A stretch of DNA of 64,000 bases from Aplysia californica (lineage: Eukaryota): NCBI RefSeq assembly GCF_000002075.1, contig NW_004797290.1:660348-724347 (forward strand). The letters run 5' to 3'. Each line of letters begins with the position of its first letter. Position 1 is the stretch's first letter. The notes below the pieces were generated by a model. The model was not told where the DNA came from and ran no database searches. It saw only the letters and a list, made by a program, of their open reading frames with translations. This document shows positions 48,801 through 61,470 of this stretch, piece after piece. A program made the position numbers and the translations under genes.

Positions 48801-51800
48801 GATAAGACAAACAAACAAAAAATTCCAAACTATTGTGGGTGTGAAGCAAAAAGTATTTGGTGACTCTTGTGGAATGTTTGCATCGGTTCCTGAAGTTTTT
48901 ACTGTTTGAGAATAAGCAAGGACATTGTTGTGGACAGCTGCAGAAAGAACTGATGAGAATCTTGAATAGAAGGAACTGTTGAAAGGGTTCGAAGCTGGAC
49001 ACTTTTTTCATGTTCCCCCCTCGTCTTTGGTGTTTAAGGGTAATGCATGATTCACCACCCGTTTTCTTGTGGATCAAGATTTGGATGTCAAGAATGCTAC
49101 ATAGGTGACGCAGTGGGGACATCTGTTATCCATCTTCTTGATATTTATGGAAAAGTGTAGAATTCTGGCAAAATTGTTTTCCTTCACAAGGAGGGGTTTA
49201 TAAAAGTATATCCGGGGAGAAAAATTGGTAATAAATGAGCCACTGTGGTTATTTCTTTACTATGAAGAATTATGTATTTGGATTTAAAGCAAGGTTAATG
49301 GGCTCTCCTATGTTGTGTACATTCATATACTCTTCGTCGACTCCATTGATTAGTATTTCTAACCTGCCAGAATTGTTGAAAAAACAAAAAAACAATCCGT
49401 TTTAGTGTTTATGGGAAGAAACCACAAAATCCATGATTTGTGTTAGAGGATGGTATGGATGTGTCGGTAGTAAACAAGTCTTTTCCAAGTTGCACACAGA
49501 GTAAGCTTGGATTCTACAGCATTAAACGCTTCTCAGGTTTTTCTTTTTAAATATTCTGTAGGCTAGGAAAATTCCTGCCATCAACATCGCTTGGTAGTGT
49601 ATGTATGACAGATTATTAAATGCTGTGGTGTCCTTTCTTGTGTTTGTTGGCGGGTGCTGTGGTGTGGTTTGCTCCTTCTGTCTTATCAAACATCTATCGT
49701 CCTTATCTCCCCTTCTTCTTTTTTATGTTTGTTACTCTCCTGTAACACCTCTAATCTTCTGGCGCTCATATGACCTTATGCAGTTGCGAGTGCCGTAAAA
49801 CTCTTTTACTAAAACTAAAACTAATTTTCTTGTGTTTTTTTTTACTCCTGATTACAACAAGCTTATTAACTGGCCTTTCTCCCCATCTCCCCCTTCCCAT
49901 TCCTATGTAAACAGGCCAGCTTCTAAAGCCAGACAGGCTAAAAGTCGAAGCAAGTCATATTCCAGGTCTCGGTCGAGGTCCCGGTCCAGAAGGTATCGTC
50001 ACAGCAGTAGCAGCAGTCGGTCCTATAGCAGGTCACGATCACGGTCTAGGTCAAGGTCACGCTCAAGGTCGAGACAGAGGAAGTATTCTTCGGATGGGAA
50101 AAGCCGTGGCAGAGGCAGTGTGAGCAGGTCCAGGAGAGATCGGAGGTCGTACAGTTCAAGCGTGTCCCGTTCTCGCAGTCGCTCTAGGTCAAGGTCAAAG
50201 TCTTCACGATCTAAAACAACCCAGAGGTATGCTGCATGTATATTTGGAGGGGTCAGAGAAGATTGCATAGCAAAAGTCACAATTTCAGATGGCCCGCAGG
50301 ATGATATAATAATTTCTGCTACACTGTAGCTCCCAGCTTTGTGACCATCATCTTATTGCATATACTTGAAGTGTATTTCGGGAGTCAGGGGTTCAGTCAG
50401 TGAGATTTATCAACTTTTCACAAACTAGTTTTCGGGATTTAACCTAGCTTTGAATATGTGCATGAACAGCTTCTATTGGTGTTGTTGGTTAGGCTCTTCA
50501 TCATTGCAAGCAGAAGAAGTGCATTCAATTCCTGGATAGGGAAGTTTGTCCAGTATTTCAATCTGTCGCTTAGATTTTGTATCCCATTCAGCCAGGGTTT
50601 TCTCTGACAGGCAGCTTTTAAGGGTCAGAAAAGATCTAAATTGTGTCAGTTGGGGTGTAAAACCTTTATAGTCCTTTTCAAGCATCTACCATCCTGGATT
50701 GTATTGTAATGAATGCATTTTTGTATTTTAACTCGACATGTTTGAGTTCCTTCCCAGTCCTCTTGGTTTGCTCTCAGCACCACAATGGCAGGTGAGCTGT
50801 AGTTAAAGGCACCTTGACTAATTACTGGGTGAATGTGGAGGCACAATTTTTGTAATCATCTTATGCTAGCTGGGTATGTTTGATGGGTTTTTTTTTGGTT
50901 TTTTTTTTTTTTGTGCAGCAGCACTGATAATAGTGCGGTGAAGAAACTGCCGGAGGTGAAACGATACCGAAGGGAGAGTCTGTCTTCCAACTCTGAGCTC
51001 AGCGGTCTAGATTCGGAGGACGAGAACAAGAAAAGTCAAGACACTTCAACTTCTTCGAAGACATCGTCGAGGGATGATGTAAAGTAAGTCATGGATAGGG
51101 ACACTTCCGAACACAGAGTTCACTTTTTAGACAGAAAAAAAGAAAACGAACAACTCTTTTATTTAATTTTTAAGGGAAGTTCTGTTTCATCTGCAGTTAG
51201 TTTTAATTGCTTATTGGAAGGAGGGTGGGGGGGGGGGGGCTCTTTTACCCTACTTGGGTAATATTACTTTATATAGCTCATTTGTTGGAACATTCAGTAT
51301 CATCTTTTTTCCTGTGTTTTATCTTGTTTTTACATCTTGAGATATTTTGTATTGGTTTAGTGACATACGATCAAGAAAACACATAGCAAACACACACACA
51401 GCGAACAAATTATCGGATCCCGCATTTTTTCTTAAACATGTATATTCTTTGTATTTAGAACATGTACACTGTGAAATTGGTACACAGCAAACTGGCTGTT
51501 TTTAGCACTCTAGCTGTTATAGAATTGTTTTGTGCAAGTGGTAGGGAACTGTATCTTTGATCATGTAGGTTTCATCAAGTTCAAAGTTTTGAATGTTCTA
51601 GTAGATCCACTTGGGTGAGTACCCCTTGCTGCAGTTTGTGTGATAAGAACTAAAGGATGTCTCTTGATTGTTCAATCTGTTTTTCTGGTTCTACTTGATC
51701 ATTCAATTTATTCCTTCTGCTGTATTTAATTTACTCACATTTATGAATGGTTCATGGAGAAATTTAAGAAAATATTTTCATAATTCCTGAAATAATGCTG

Positions 51801-54800
51801 TGCGTTTCCTATGACACAGTTAAAATCATTTTTGAGGTGAGTTATTTTGACCTGCCTGTCAAAGCTCCGTGGATGGATTTGGATTCTATGTTCCAGCAGA
51901 AAGAAGGAAATACACAATGATATAGACTTTCCTATGCTGAAATCATACTCTTATCTTTCACATGCAAGGCGAAGAATATAACAGTTATGACACTGATGCT
52001 TAGGTCATAAATTATGTCCTGTTCAATTTTTGTTCAGTGTAGGACTTTACCTGATCTTTTTAAGAAAGATCTTTATGAAAAATTCATTCATGTTCAACTG
52101 ACAGGTCTGTCCTTGAGCCTCAACTTAAGCCCATGAATTTATGTAGAGTGTAATATGAGGACTGCAAAATACACAACCAGGTTATCTTCTTTATGAGTGA
52201 TGGTTTGTTCTTTTTTTTTTTTCTGTTTCAGATCGTCATTGGTACAGAGTGGTAAAATTTCAAGCAAACAGCAATCTCAAGTCAGTAAGAGCCTTTCTTT
52301 GGATGCTCTTCCATTTCCATCAAACATTTTCTGTGGACTGAGATTAATAATTGTTTTTAGTGAATGACTATGGTGCTCTAATGTATTGGAATATATATAT
52401 AGGAACACTTACAAAGCACTGAACATAAATAGATTCATCCAAATGAGGGGGGAGATAGTTTCTGTTTCATGTAGACTACAGCACACGGAAAAGTTCATGA
52501 CTATGCACCATCATGAACCAAGATAAGCTGCCACTGCAAGAGTGCAAATGAGAATGATTTGAATCAAGGCCAGATATCTTTTTTTGAGTTCTCTTATCAG
52601 GAACAATAAATGTAATAGCTGTAATATTCGGAGTCACCGAAATTGTGTACTATGTACCAATTATAGTTTTTTTAAAGCTATGGGGGAAAAAGATATTTAG
52701 ATTGAATCAGCCTGATCCCGTTTTAACTGCCATGCTGTGAGAAATTCTTTTTACACATTCACCAATGTATTAAAGTAGCCTTAATATATGATATCTGCAC
52801 TACTCTCTGGGGGACTAATGTTGGCTGTAGGAAGATATGGGCTTGACCCTTGACCTGTACTTGTCTCTTATCCTTAATTTACATGCTGAGGTTGAAATGT
52901 AATCCTGAGACCTTTTCACTTTTGCCTTTTAAAGATCATAAGCGAATGCTGTTTAATGTTAGGAAGTAGATACCATGTTTCTAAATATTTTTTAGAAACC
53001 TTTTGTTAGTCACTTTTATGTTCAGAGTTCTTAGTAGGCCTATAGCTTAATATGAACATATGTGAAAGCAGTCTCTGGTATGTCTACCAGTGTGTATTCT
53101 TTCAGGTCACAAATTCAGAAATAAATGGATGTAACAAATGTTACGCTCAGGAGTTTTTTGTCACATGTTAATGTATGTTCTGAAGATAAAGTGAAAGGAA
53201 TAAAAGTAAGGTGGATGTAAAGGGGATTCAGGGGGGTGACGCACAAGGAATTGTTCTTTTTAGGGAAACTTGGCTTTTTAAAGAACTAGAATCTCAATGG
53301 TAGGGATAAATTTATTTCTTGTAGGTTAGTAATTGTTCGTTGAGGTGTGTATTTTAAAAAAATGTTACTGTGTAATTTTTTTTCTCCCTGGGGTGGATGT
53401 TAACTCAAGTAATCTCTCTCTCTCCAGAACTCTCTGTTGACTGCCAAAGAGCGTCTTAAGAGAAAAATGCAGGCTCAGCTGACCAAGCAGTGTGAGTACT
53501 TGTGGATAAAGTTTATTTTTTGACAAAGTTATAAAGGTGTGACAGAAAGATTGAACACCTACTCCCCCCCCCCCAAAGCAAAGAGAGATTCAGTTACCCT
53601 GATTGTACAACTGAGACTGGGTTGATATAAATATAAGGTGTGTGTGTGTGTTTGAATGACCTGACTTGTCATTAACTCACTTAACCCTGAGCCCTAGACA
53701 GTTGGGTTACGCACTTCTGCGCTGGGCCCTGAACCCAACAATATTGGGATGGAAATTTCTCTATACTTTATAAGTGATCCCTGGTCATTTCTTTATAAGA
53801 AACAGACTATTACATTACAAGGGCAAAGGTTGCTTTCTTGACCTACAATTGAAAATAACTTGGCACTCGGTAACGAAGAGGGAAATGTCTCTCTTCTGAG
53901 CTACTTTTTAGTGTGTGTTGCTGACCTCTTTCAAATATCTCACAGACTATCACGCATTTTCGAATTCTGTAAACAATAATAGACCATATAATGACTAAAC
54001 AATTTGTTTGTGAAATATTAAGGCGATTGAAGTTAATTTAATATTTTTTTCCAAATTTACAACGGGTCCTTGGCCCCAGGGCTGAGTGAGTTAATGATGT
54101 CGGTAGTACGTGACAAAGAAAGTGAGATAGTAAAGATATTTTTTAATGGGGTTTCAGTTTTGTTCTCATTTTTGCTTCTCATTCAGAGTAAACGCCATGA
54201 ATGAATTATATTTAGATATTATGTATTGTATATATGATAACTGGTGATCAGTGATGCTGACAGTTTATTGCTTGTCATTTTGTTGCAGTCAAAGCCGACA
54301 AAAAAGCCAGGATATCCAAGATATCTCAGTTGGAGCAAGAGAGAATGGTAAAGTTGTTTGAGCTGAGTAGATGTTGACCAGACAGCAAGCCTGTGTGGTG
54401 AGGTGGTGACGCTCTAGTGTCTTACCTCCTTTGCTCGTCTTGCACTCAGGGTCTGGGCCATTCACAAGTCATGTTTGTTGTTGTTGGGTTGTTTTTTTTT
54501 GTAAGTGTTTTATGGCGCTCGCAGTTGCCTAAGATCATATGAGCGGGTGGGACACAATAAGCATTTCCAGTTTGGTAGGAATTAATTAAAAATTTTGCCC
54601 GGCTGGCGGTTGAAGCCTACTCTTATCAATTTTAGGACCACCAAGGGATATTTAATGTGCACAGCTTGCACAGAGGACCTCCGAGATTTTTCGCCTTTAT
54701 CCGAGAATGCTAGGTGTTAGGTCATACTTACCTACCGTAAGATCAAGGGTGTGACTGATCGATGGCAATAAGGAGGACCCAAGGAGTAGCAGTAGAAAGA

Positions 54801-57334
54801 CAGCGAAAAGAGTTAAAAGCTAAGAGGGGGGGGCAAACAAAGGGGGGGGGGGGCAGGGGGCAGAAAGTGGAAATAAAAGCAGATGAATGAACATGATTAG
54901 AGAGCAGAAAAGGAAGTGAAAGGGGAACATTTTTTTTTAGAAAAGAACATTTTTCCTGTCGCTGTCAGCTGTGAACCTGGGACGTTTTGAATGAGATGTG
55001 AACACTGTACCACTAGACCACGAGAGACCCTGTTTTGTGTTTGATATGGGGAACAAATGTATCATGAAAAGAGATGTTTTATTTTTGTGTTATGGATTGC
55101 TTTTAAAGTTAGCAAACAGAAAAACAAACTTCCTTACAAAGTTCAGGTAAATTTATAGAATATTTTTTTCCTGTATGAATAGAAAGAATGTTTCTTTTAC
55201 GGACACTATATAACTAGGTAAGTCTTAAATCTTTATTTCCAACAATGTAGGAATGTAGATGGTAGTAAGATGTGACCGTGATCTGAGAAAACACGAGGGC
55301 GCGCGTGTGTATACATGCATGGGTGCTTAGCTGCTATTGTGAATGAAAATTAAAGATGTGTAACTAGATTGGAAAATCGTTTTCACCATAGATTTTATTC
55401 TTTCAGGATCGTGAAGAGGAAATTCGAAATCTTGCCCTGGAAATGAGGAGAAGGGAACGTGAAAAACGCCACAAGGAGATTGAGGAGGAGGAGAAGGAGC
55501 TTGAGTCACGAAGGAGTAAGAAAATGAAAGCTGGGAGTGACAGCAGCAGCAGCAGCAGAAGCAGCCGCAGCAAGAGCAAGTCCCGAAGTGCAACTCCAGA
55601 GAAAAGAAGAAGTCCCGAGAGAAAGAGGGAGGACAGAGAACGAGCACGCCCTGATAATGGAAGAATGGAAGAAAGAAGAAGGGAGGAGCGGACGGAAGAC
55701 AGGAGAGACTTCAGGCAAGAGGAGAGGCGGAGAGGACCTCCGGAGGACAGGAGGAGGTCTGATGAGAGGAGATGGGATCCCCCGCGAGACAGGAGGAGGA
55801 TGGATGAGGATAGACGGTCTGACAGAAGTCGATGGGAGAGGGAGAGAGATGGTGGTCGCTGGGGAGGAGGAGACAGAGGAGGAGCAGGAGACAGAGGGGG
55901 AGGAGGAGACAGAGGGGGAGGAGGAAACAGAGGGGGAGGAGACCGTGGACCAGGAGACCGCGGGCGATGGGAAGGAATTCTGCCGGACCCTCGGTGGGAT
56001 GGGGTGCCGTACGACAGAGACAGGGATAACGACAGGCGCTGGGAGGGTCGCCGGGGAGACTATGGAGATGGGCCTTGGCATGGCAGGTAAGGTGGAATAC
56101 ATCCTTGGGACTAGACTTATAGATGTCAGGTGGGCTATGTGTATAGATTGCGACCTCAGTGATTTCTTGTCCTATCTCCATTTTAAATGACAGTGAAAAC
56201 GGTTCATAACAAAGAGTGAGCTAAAGGAGAAGTCACATTTTCAATTTTTAAAAATGGAGATAAGGATAGGACAAGAAGGTACTGAGGTCGAGAGATGCAA
56301 GGATGACTATCATGGTTTTCTATTTGTTGACATGCAGAGAAACAGACAGAGTAAAAAGCACCTCATTCCAATTATACTTGTAGAGAGAAAAATAATACCC
56401 ACTTTGTTGCATGTTGAAAAAGAGAAAGTAAGAGACTACTGGGTCCTCAGTCCCTATTTTTTTCTGGCCTTGTTTTAAGTTCTATGAGGCTTTCTTGTAA
56501 AGTTTCAAGTCCAGATTAAAGTTGAATTTACTGACATAAAAGTTATATATATATTAAAGATGTGCATGTTGTGAGTTGACTACTTAAGTTATGGGTTTAT
56601 TTTAATTAAGCATATTGCAGTTTTTTGCTATTTTGATTTTGGCATAGAAAAATGTAAAGGACTTATGATCCAAATATTTTATGAAAAACACTCAGACTTA
56701 ATTCTAAATTCTCATATGTTTGCTTTTAAAAGCTGCAATAGTCACTGTGTTAAATGTATGTTGGATTTAGTTCTTTTTTTAAAACATTGTCATAGCAAGT
56801 GAGAGCACCAAAGCTAGTTGTACATCAGTCTAAATGCAACAGAACAGTTGGTTGTCATATCTGTAAATTAAATCCTGCTCCTTCTATAATAATGTTGCTT
56901 TAACATAGCCTCATTTGACAGTCGAGGATTTGAGTGTTAAATCCGAGCAGTCTGTTTTTTGTTGGTGCTTTCATTGAAGTCTTAACATGTGAAGGGGAAT
57001 TATTATACACAAGTGATAATGGTAAGTGTTTTTCTACTTTTCTTTTATATTGAGCCTGGTTTCTGTACGTGATGTTATTTTTCTGTGGCTGCTTCTTACA
57101 AGGATAATAATCTATGCCACTGTGTTTTTTTTAGGTATGTTGCTTTAAAAGAAATTTTTTTGGTGATTGTCAGGTTGTTTTTTTTATTCTAACTTCCTCT
57201 GTTTTTATTTTAGGTCATCATCGAATTACAACAGCCCCAGATCACGGGGTCCTCTGCTTCATCGACCAAGCTCTCCGCTCATGTCGCGACCTCGACCTCC
57301 TAATGACCCTCGTCTGCTGGAAGACTACAATTAA
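39819..57334 (+). CDS. CLASRP: CLK4-associating serine/arginine-rich protein (CLASRP/SFRS16), 18 coding exons, ~840 aa
   Basis: Exons 39819-39917, 40684-40781, 41217-41315, 41733-41818, 42792-42876, 43421-43542, 44130-44226, 45680-45758, 46248-46321, 47199-47240, 48557-48748, 49915-50226, 50919-51083, 52232-52280, 53428-53491, 54289-54347, 55407-56086, 57214-57334 join in frame (2523 nt). Diagnostic motifs: MWHEARRQERKIRGLMVDYKRRADRRREFYEKI, MPWQGDSSNMIDRFDVRANLD, NYERYR, AAIGFVYEDS, SYAARESPKYEPYKR, KFITSFG, RS domain, KERLKRKMQAQLTKQFKADKKA. Confidence 0.95.
49646..49825 (+). mobile_element. Short retroposon family A
   Basis: TSD TTTCTTGTGTTT (49634-49645, 49826-49837); matches 1932-2127. 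Confidence 0.85.
53676..54090. mobile_element. TTAA-targeting (piggyBac-type) MITE
   Basis: TTAA flanks; TIR CTCACTTAACCCTG / CTCACTCAGCCCTG. Confidence 0.75.
54490..55030 (-). mobile_element. Near full-length tRNA-head Nin/Deu-domain SINE
   Basis: Minus strand: GTGGTCTAGTGG..CCCAGGTTC head, CTCGGATAAAGG..GCACATTAAATATCCC core, GCGAGCGCCATAAAACAC tail and A-rich end. Confidence 0.75.
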
Positions 57335-57840
57335 CTAATGGGATCAAGCACGCCGTTTTGTACGCTCATGACATGAACAGCCTTGCCCAAAGATGTAGAA
57401 ACTGAAGGGGGAGATTCCAGTGATTGTGATAGCTGTTTGGTCTTTTTGTTTGTAGTGTTGTTGCTTACATGTTTGAATCCACTGAGATGATATCTTCTTT
57501 GACAAACCGCTGAAATTTGGCAGATTGATGAGTGTTCTTGTGTTGTGCGTAAAACCAGTCTGAAATAGGATTTTGTTTGAAATGAAAAAAAAAAAATGTT
57601 CACGTCTCATCTGCGCAAGTTACACAGTAGGACAGCTGTATCAATTGATTGTGAGTGCACTAGCTTTAAGAAATGGGTGACCATTGAAGCGAATAGTTTA
57701 TGCAACCTATGGATTGCTCGTAAGCTGAGGTCGGGAGTACCCCCATTTTACAAAAGATTTCACATGTGTTAGGAGTTGAGTTGTTTTAGTGAAGTGAGGG
57801 TGCATGTCTTGGGGAAAGTTTTAACTTGAAGTTGTCATTA

Positions 57841-58627
57841 CAGTAGAACACGACTATAGCGGCACCTGCTACGTCGGGACCATCCCTACACCGAGACCTT
57901 ACCGGAATCCCCTTTTTTTCCTATGTAAACGCAATTACCTGTGCTGGGGTATAATGGGGAAAGGAAAGGTCCGAACTCGGATACAGCGGGAGAGATCGAG
58001 CGAGCTCTAGCTGGGGGAGAGGGGGTTGGGGGGCTGTAGGCGGGCTCCAAACAAGCAGTCAGCGGTGCGGCGTTGTGATTGCCGAGTCCAGTGATGAGTG
58101 AGGTGGGGAAGGCGGCAGAGAGAGATGGTGTGGAGAGACTCGTTACGTGAGCCACTCCAAAAGTGATGTGCCGTAGCTTAGACGCTCAGTAGGAAAGCGT
58201 ATAGGCCATAGGCCTAGGCTAGGCCAAAAAGTAAAAGAAGAGGGGAGAGTGCAGTGTGGGATTCCTGATTCTTTGAATTGTGATTGTTGATGCTCATAGG
58301 CATACGCATGAATCCACTTCACCAGTTCTCCAGTAGGCCTAACGGTATGATAGACAGTACAAGTAACAAACTGAGGAGAAGATGGCTTCCAACAAAGACA
58401 AAAGGAAATGCTTCTCACTTGATTTAAAGGATGAGATAATCAACGAAGTTGACAAGAAAAGGAAGACTAATCTAAAGGGCAAGGTTTATTGATATGGAAG
58501 GGAGGTAATCATGTTTATTTTAAAAAATTATTAGGTAGTTTGCCCTTTGCCCTCCTATAACGGGAACTCGCCTACAGCGGGATTTTTCTTCTGGAACCAA
58601 AAATCCTGCTATAGCGGTGTTCTACTG
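57841..58627 (+). mobile_element. pogo/Tigger-derived internally deleted element
   Basis: TA TSDs; TIR CAGTAGAACAC(GA/CG)CTATAGC; remnant transposase start MASNKDKRKCFSLDLKDEIINEVDKK (CENP-B-type HTH start) at 58382. Confidence 0.85.
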
Positions 58628-59478
58628 TATAATTATGTTACAAATTAGAGAATAGTTTAAAAATATGCATCAACGTCACCCTCGTCTCCTTTCTTTCCAA
58701 AAGACTGAAGAGACGGACTCGCACGCACACACAACTCCCCCCTTCCCCTTGTTTGGTTCTCCAGTAGTTACATTCTTGTATCTCTTTATTGTTCACTGTT
58801 CACAATTGTCACATTTATGAGGTGCCGAAGTTACATTTATCCCTTAAATATTTATGGCTTCTGTCCAAGTACTTTTTGAATTTTTGTATAAATGGACCTA
58901 GAGTAAATATATAATATTATGGTGCTCCAGTGATTCTTGTACAGTATTTCTTTCTATTTGTTTGGTACTCTCTTGGAGTATGGCGTTTCTGGAGTTTGTG
59001 TCATATTTGTGACTAGTTTTTAAAAATTATGGTTTATGAATGCAGTGTCAGAACGTCTTTCATAGAGCGCACCGATTAATAAATAATATTCCCGTTTATA
59101 TTATGTGAATGATAGAAGTAGTGTGTGCCTAACAGTCTACAGGTGTGGGCGCTCCGTTAGCTCAGTTGTGGTATCATGTTGGACCACAGAGCGGGTAGCA
59201 ATGGTTCAAATCCCTACCATGTTTGTGGAAGGTGATTTTTAAAAGTTGTTATAGAACATCTTGTGCGTTTTAATATTTGTGGACCTTTGACTTGGATGTA
59301 ACCACGTCTTATATGGTGATAAGAGCTAGAGCCATTGATTTTTTATTTTTTTTTGCATGGGGGCAAAATTGTTTGTTCTATAGTTTCCTGTGTCTAGGTT
59401 TACAAGTCTTTGAAGGGTAGGCCTATAGGCGTGTGTGACTGTGCAAATGTGCAGGCTGGCCAGCCTGTCGACATAATT

Positions 59479-59722
59479 GGTCGCTTTTAAGCACAAGGGG
59501 GCTATCCCGAAAAATGCTGTTTTGAGAAAATCAAGGTAAAGTTTTTGCCCCTTGTTCATTTTCTTAAAAACACAAGGAGAGTTTTCTCCATAACCAAGCA
59601 AATATACACACCAATAAAACCAAACTTCTTCTATAGGTAGGGCAATGCCCACTTTTGGTGTAGGTCAAGAATTCTGGAAACCTCAGAAATCCGGGTTAGC
59701 CTGCTTGTCCTTAAAAGCGACC
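59479..59722. mobile_element. MITE with ~30-bp TIRs and AATT flanks (Sola1-like TSD)
   Basis: GGTCGCTTTTAAG[C/G]ACAAG..GGCTA.CCCG inverted ends with AATT on both sides; superfamily tentative. Confidence 0.75.
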
Positions 59723-59998
59723 AATTGTTGTTGGAGTTAAGGGGGAAATGTGATCTAGTGTGAATTTATCATGTTTTTCTTGTAAATTATGTACATATTC
59801 ACTCTTAATTTTTGGCTGTCAGATTTGTTCTGGCAGCGCGCAGAGGAAAAGTGGACTCCTTGCTAGCCAAAACTGATTTGTTTTGCTACAGAGACGTAGC
59901 ACACTACCTGGTGCTGGCATAATTTGAACCAGAATGACGAACCCTTATTTGACGCCCAGTATGGTGTGTTACGCACTTTGCCTGATTTTTACACTTAG

Positions 59999-60704
59999 CT
60001 CTTTTTATCCGGGCTACGAGTATACTCGTAACGAGGTCCAGTCCGGGCTACGAGTGAACTCGGAACAGCTATACGGTCATGTCAAACATTAGTTCTGCTT
60101 GTAATGACCAAAGTACGCAAATACGGCGATGCTAGCTCTGAATATTTAAAATTTCCAATGAGCAACGGTTTCTTTGTTTTTGATGGGTGTAGAAGCTTGA
60201 AAAAAGTCCCGAAAACGCACATTCATGACCGACAAAGTACTACTTGAAGTGGCGCTGGGTTGTGAGGGGGAATGAGACTAATTTGATGAAAGTGACTCTG
60301 GGTCAAGTGCCATAAATTCGGTTGTGGATGGGAACGAACCAGAAGTAGACTCCTCGAATAGCGATTCAGATCATAGTGAAGGGGTCAGTACTGGAATTCG
60401 TGCAGTAAGATGGTTAGGGATAGATCTATAAATCCAAGGGGACGTCGTGGACGCGGCAATCAGGGTCAAGTTGGAGGATGGAGTACACCTCTAAATCTAC
60501 ATGGTGTAATTGGTGTAATTCCTAACCACATACATTTACAAAAACTACATTCAATTTCTAACCACTGCCAAATTTCCTTAAAACCTGAAAGTAAATGTAA
60601 GAAATACAGCACTTTGAAATATACACTCTGAATTCCATCTCATATGGCGCGGCGGCCCCAGGACTGGTACAGAGTCTGTGGGGGTACGGCCAGGATAAAA
60701 AGAG
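59999..60704 (+). mobile_element. Non-autonomous piggyBac element
   Basis: TIR CTCTTTTTATCC[G/T]GGC, flanks TTAG/TTAA, and a degraded acidic transposase N-terminus-like stretch at ~60225-60460. Confidence 0.8.
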
Positions 60705-60816
60705 TTAATCTCCCCTTAGTACTTCCATCAAATACTTCCCCTGAGTTCCGAATTACTAGTGATACTTTTTAAGAGGTAGTGGTGTAGACAGCAAAAAATT
60801 CATTAAAAAAATGCTA

Positions 60817-61470
60817 TTATTGATCATGTTTTTTTCCTTTGGATTTGGAGCATTTGTTTTGCAGTGGCAACAGAACAAGAAAGTATGTTTGTGATATTGT
60901 AGTGCCCATTAATTTTTTGTCCATCTTGTCATCTTTTAATCCCTGCTTACTCGTCTTGACCAGTGTGTATTGAAGAAATGGGCACCTACCCCTGAACTTG
61001 ATCATTGTGTTATCAACACATACATTTTGATAAGGCTTATTGTTCTCTGATGATGAAGCATTCACCAATATGATTTTACTAATGCAAGAGGGTTGTGAGT
61101 AAATCGGCCAGTGGAGGATTTTGCTGGTTGTCACTGGTGTCCAACTTTGGTTGGAGTTTGGATTCCTTGAAATGGAGGGACAAGTTACATATTAGGGGTG
61201 ACATCAAATGGAACAGGATTAGTTGGTGGGACCTGTTCCTGAGTCGAACTTTCCTACATTGACATCGAAACCCCTTGGTATTTTCAGTCCAGACTGCAGA
61301 GACATCTCCCTGCCTGCCCCAGTGCCAAGTTCGAGATCCATGTCCAAAGACATGGGACTCGTCATGAAGGCAATTGTTGTTGCTTCTTTATATTCCGCAC
61401 TGGAAATTTCTAAATCGGAACCAATTTCATCTGGTTCATTGTTGTTTGCAGTATTCAGCAGCGTTTCCAT
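60817..61470 (-). pseudogene. piggyBac transposase remnant (PGBD4-like)
   Basis: PYQNVCVDNTMIKFRGRCPFLQYTLVKTSKQGLK matches the piggyBac DE.MI.FRGR..F.QY.P.KP.K.G.K block; acidic N-terminus in ORF 61219-61470; heavily deleted. Confidence 0.8.

Noticed and set aside
55506-56190. Long overlapping ORFs (55506-56102 -, 55537-56190 +, 55711-56181 -)
   Set aside because: Shadow frames of the purine-rich low-complexity CLASRP exon 17.
59148-59222. tRNA-like sequence
   Set aside because: A/B-box-like motifs but no consistent cloverleaf; more likely a decayed SINE head.
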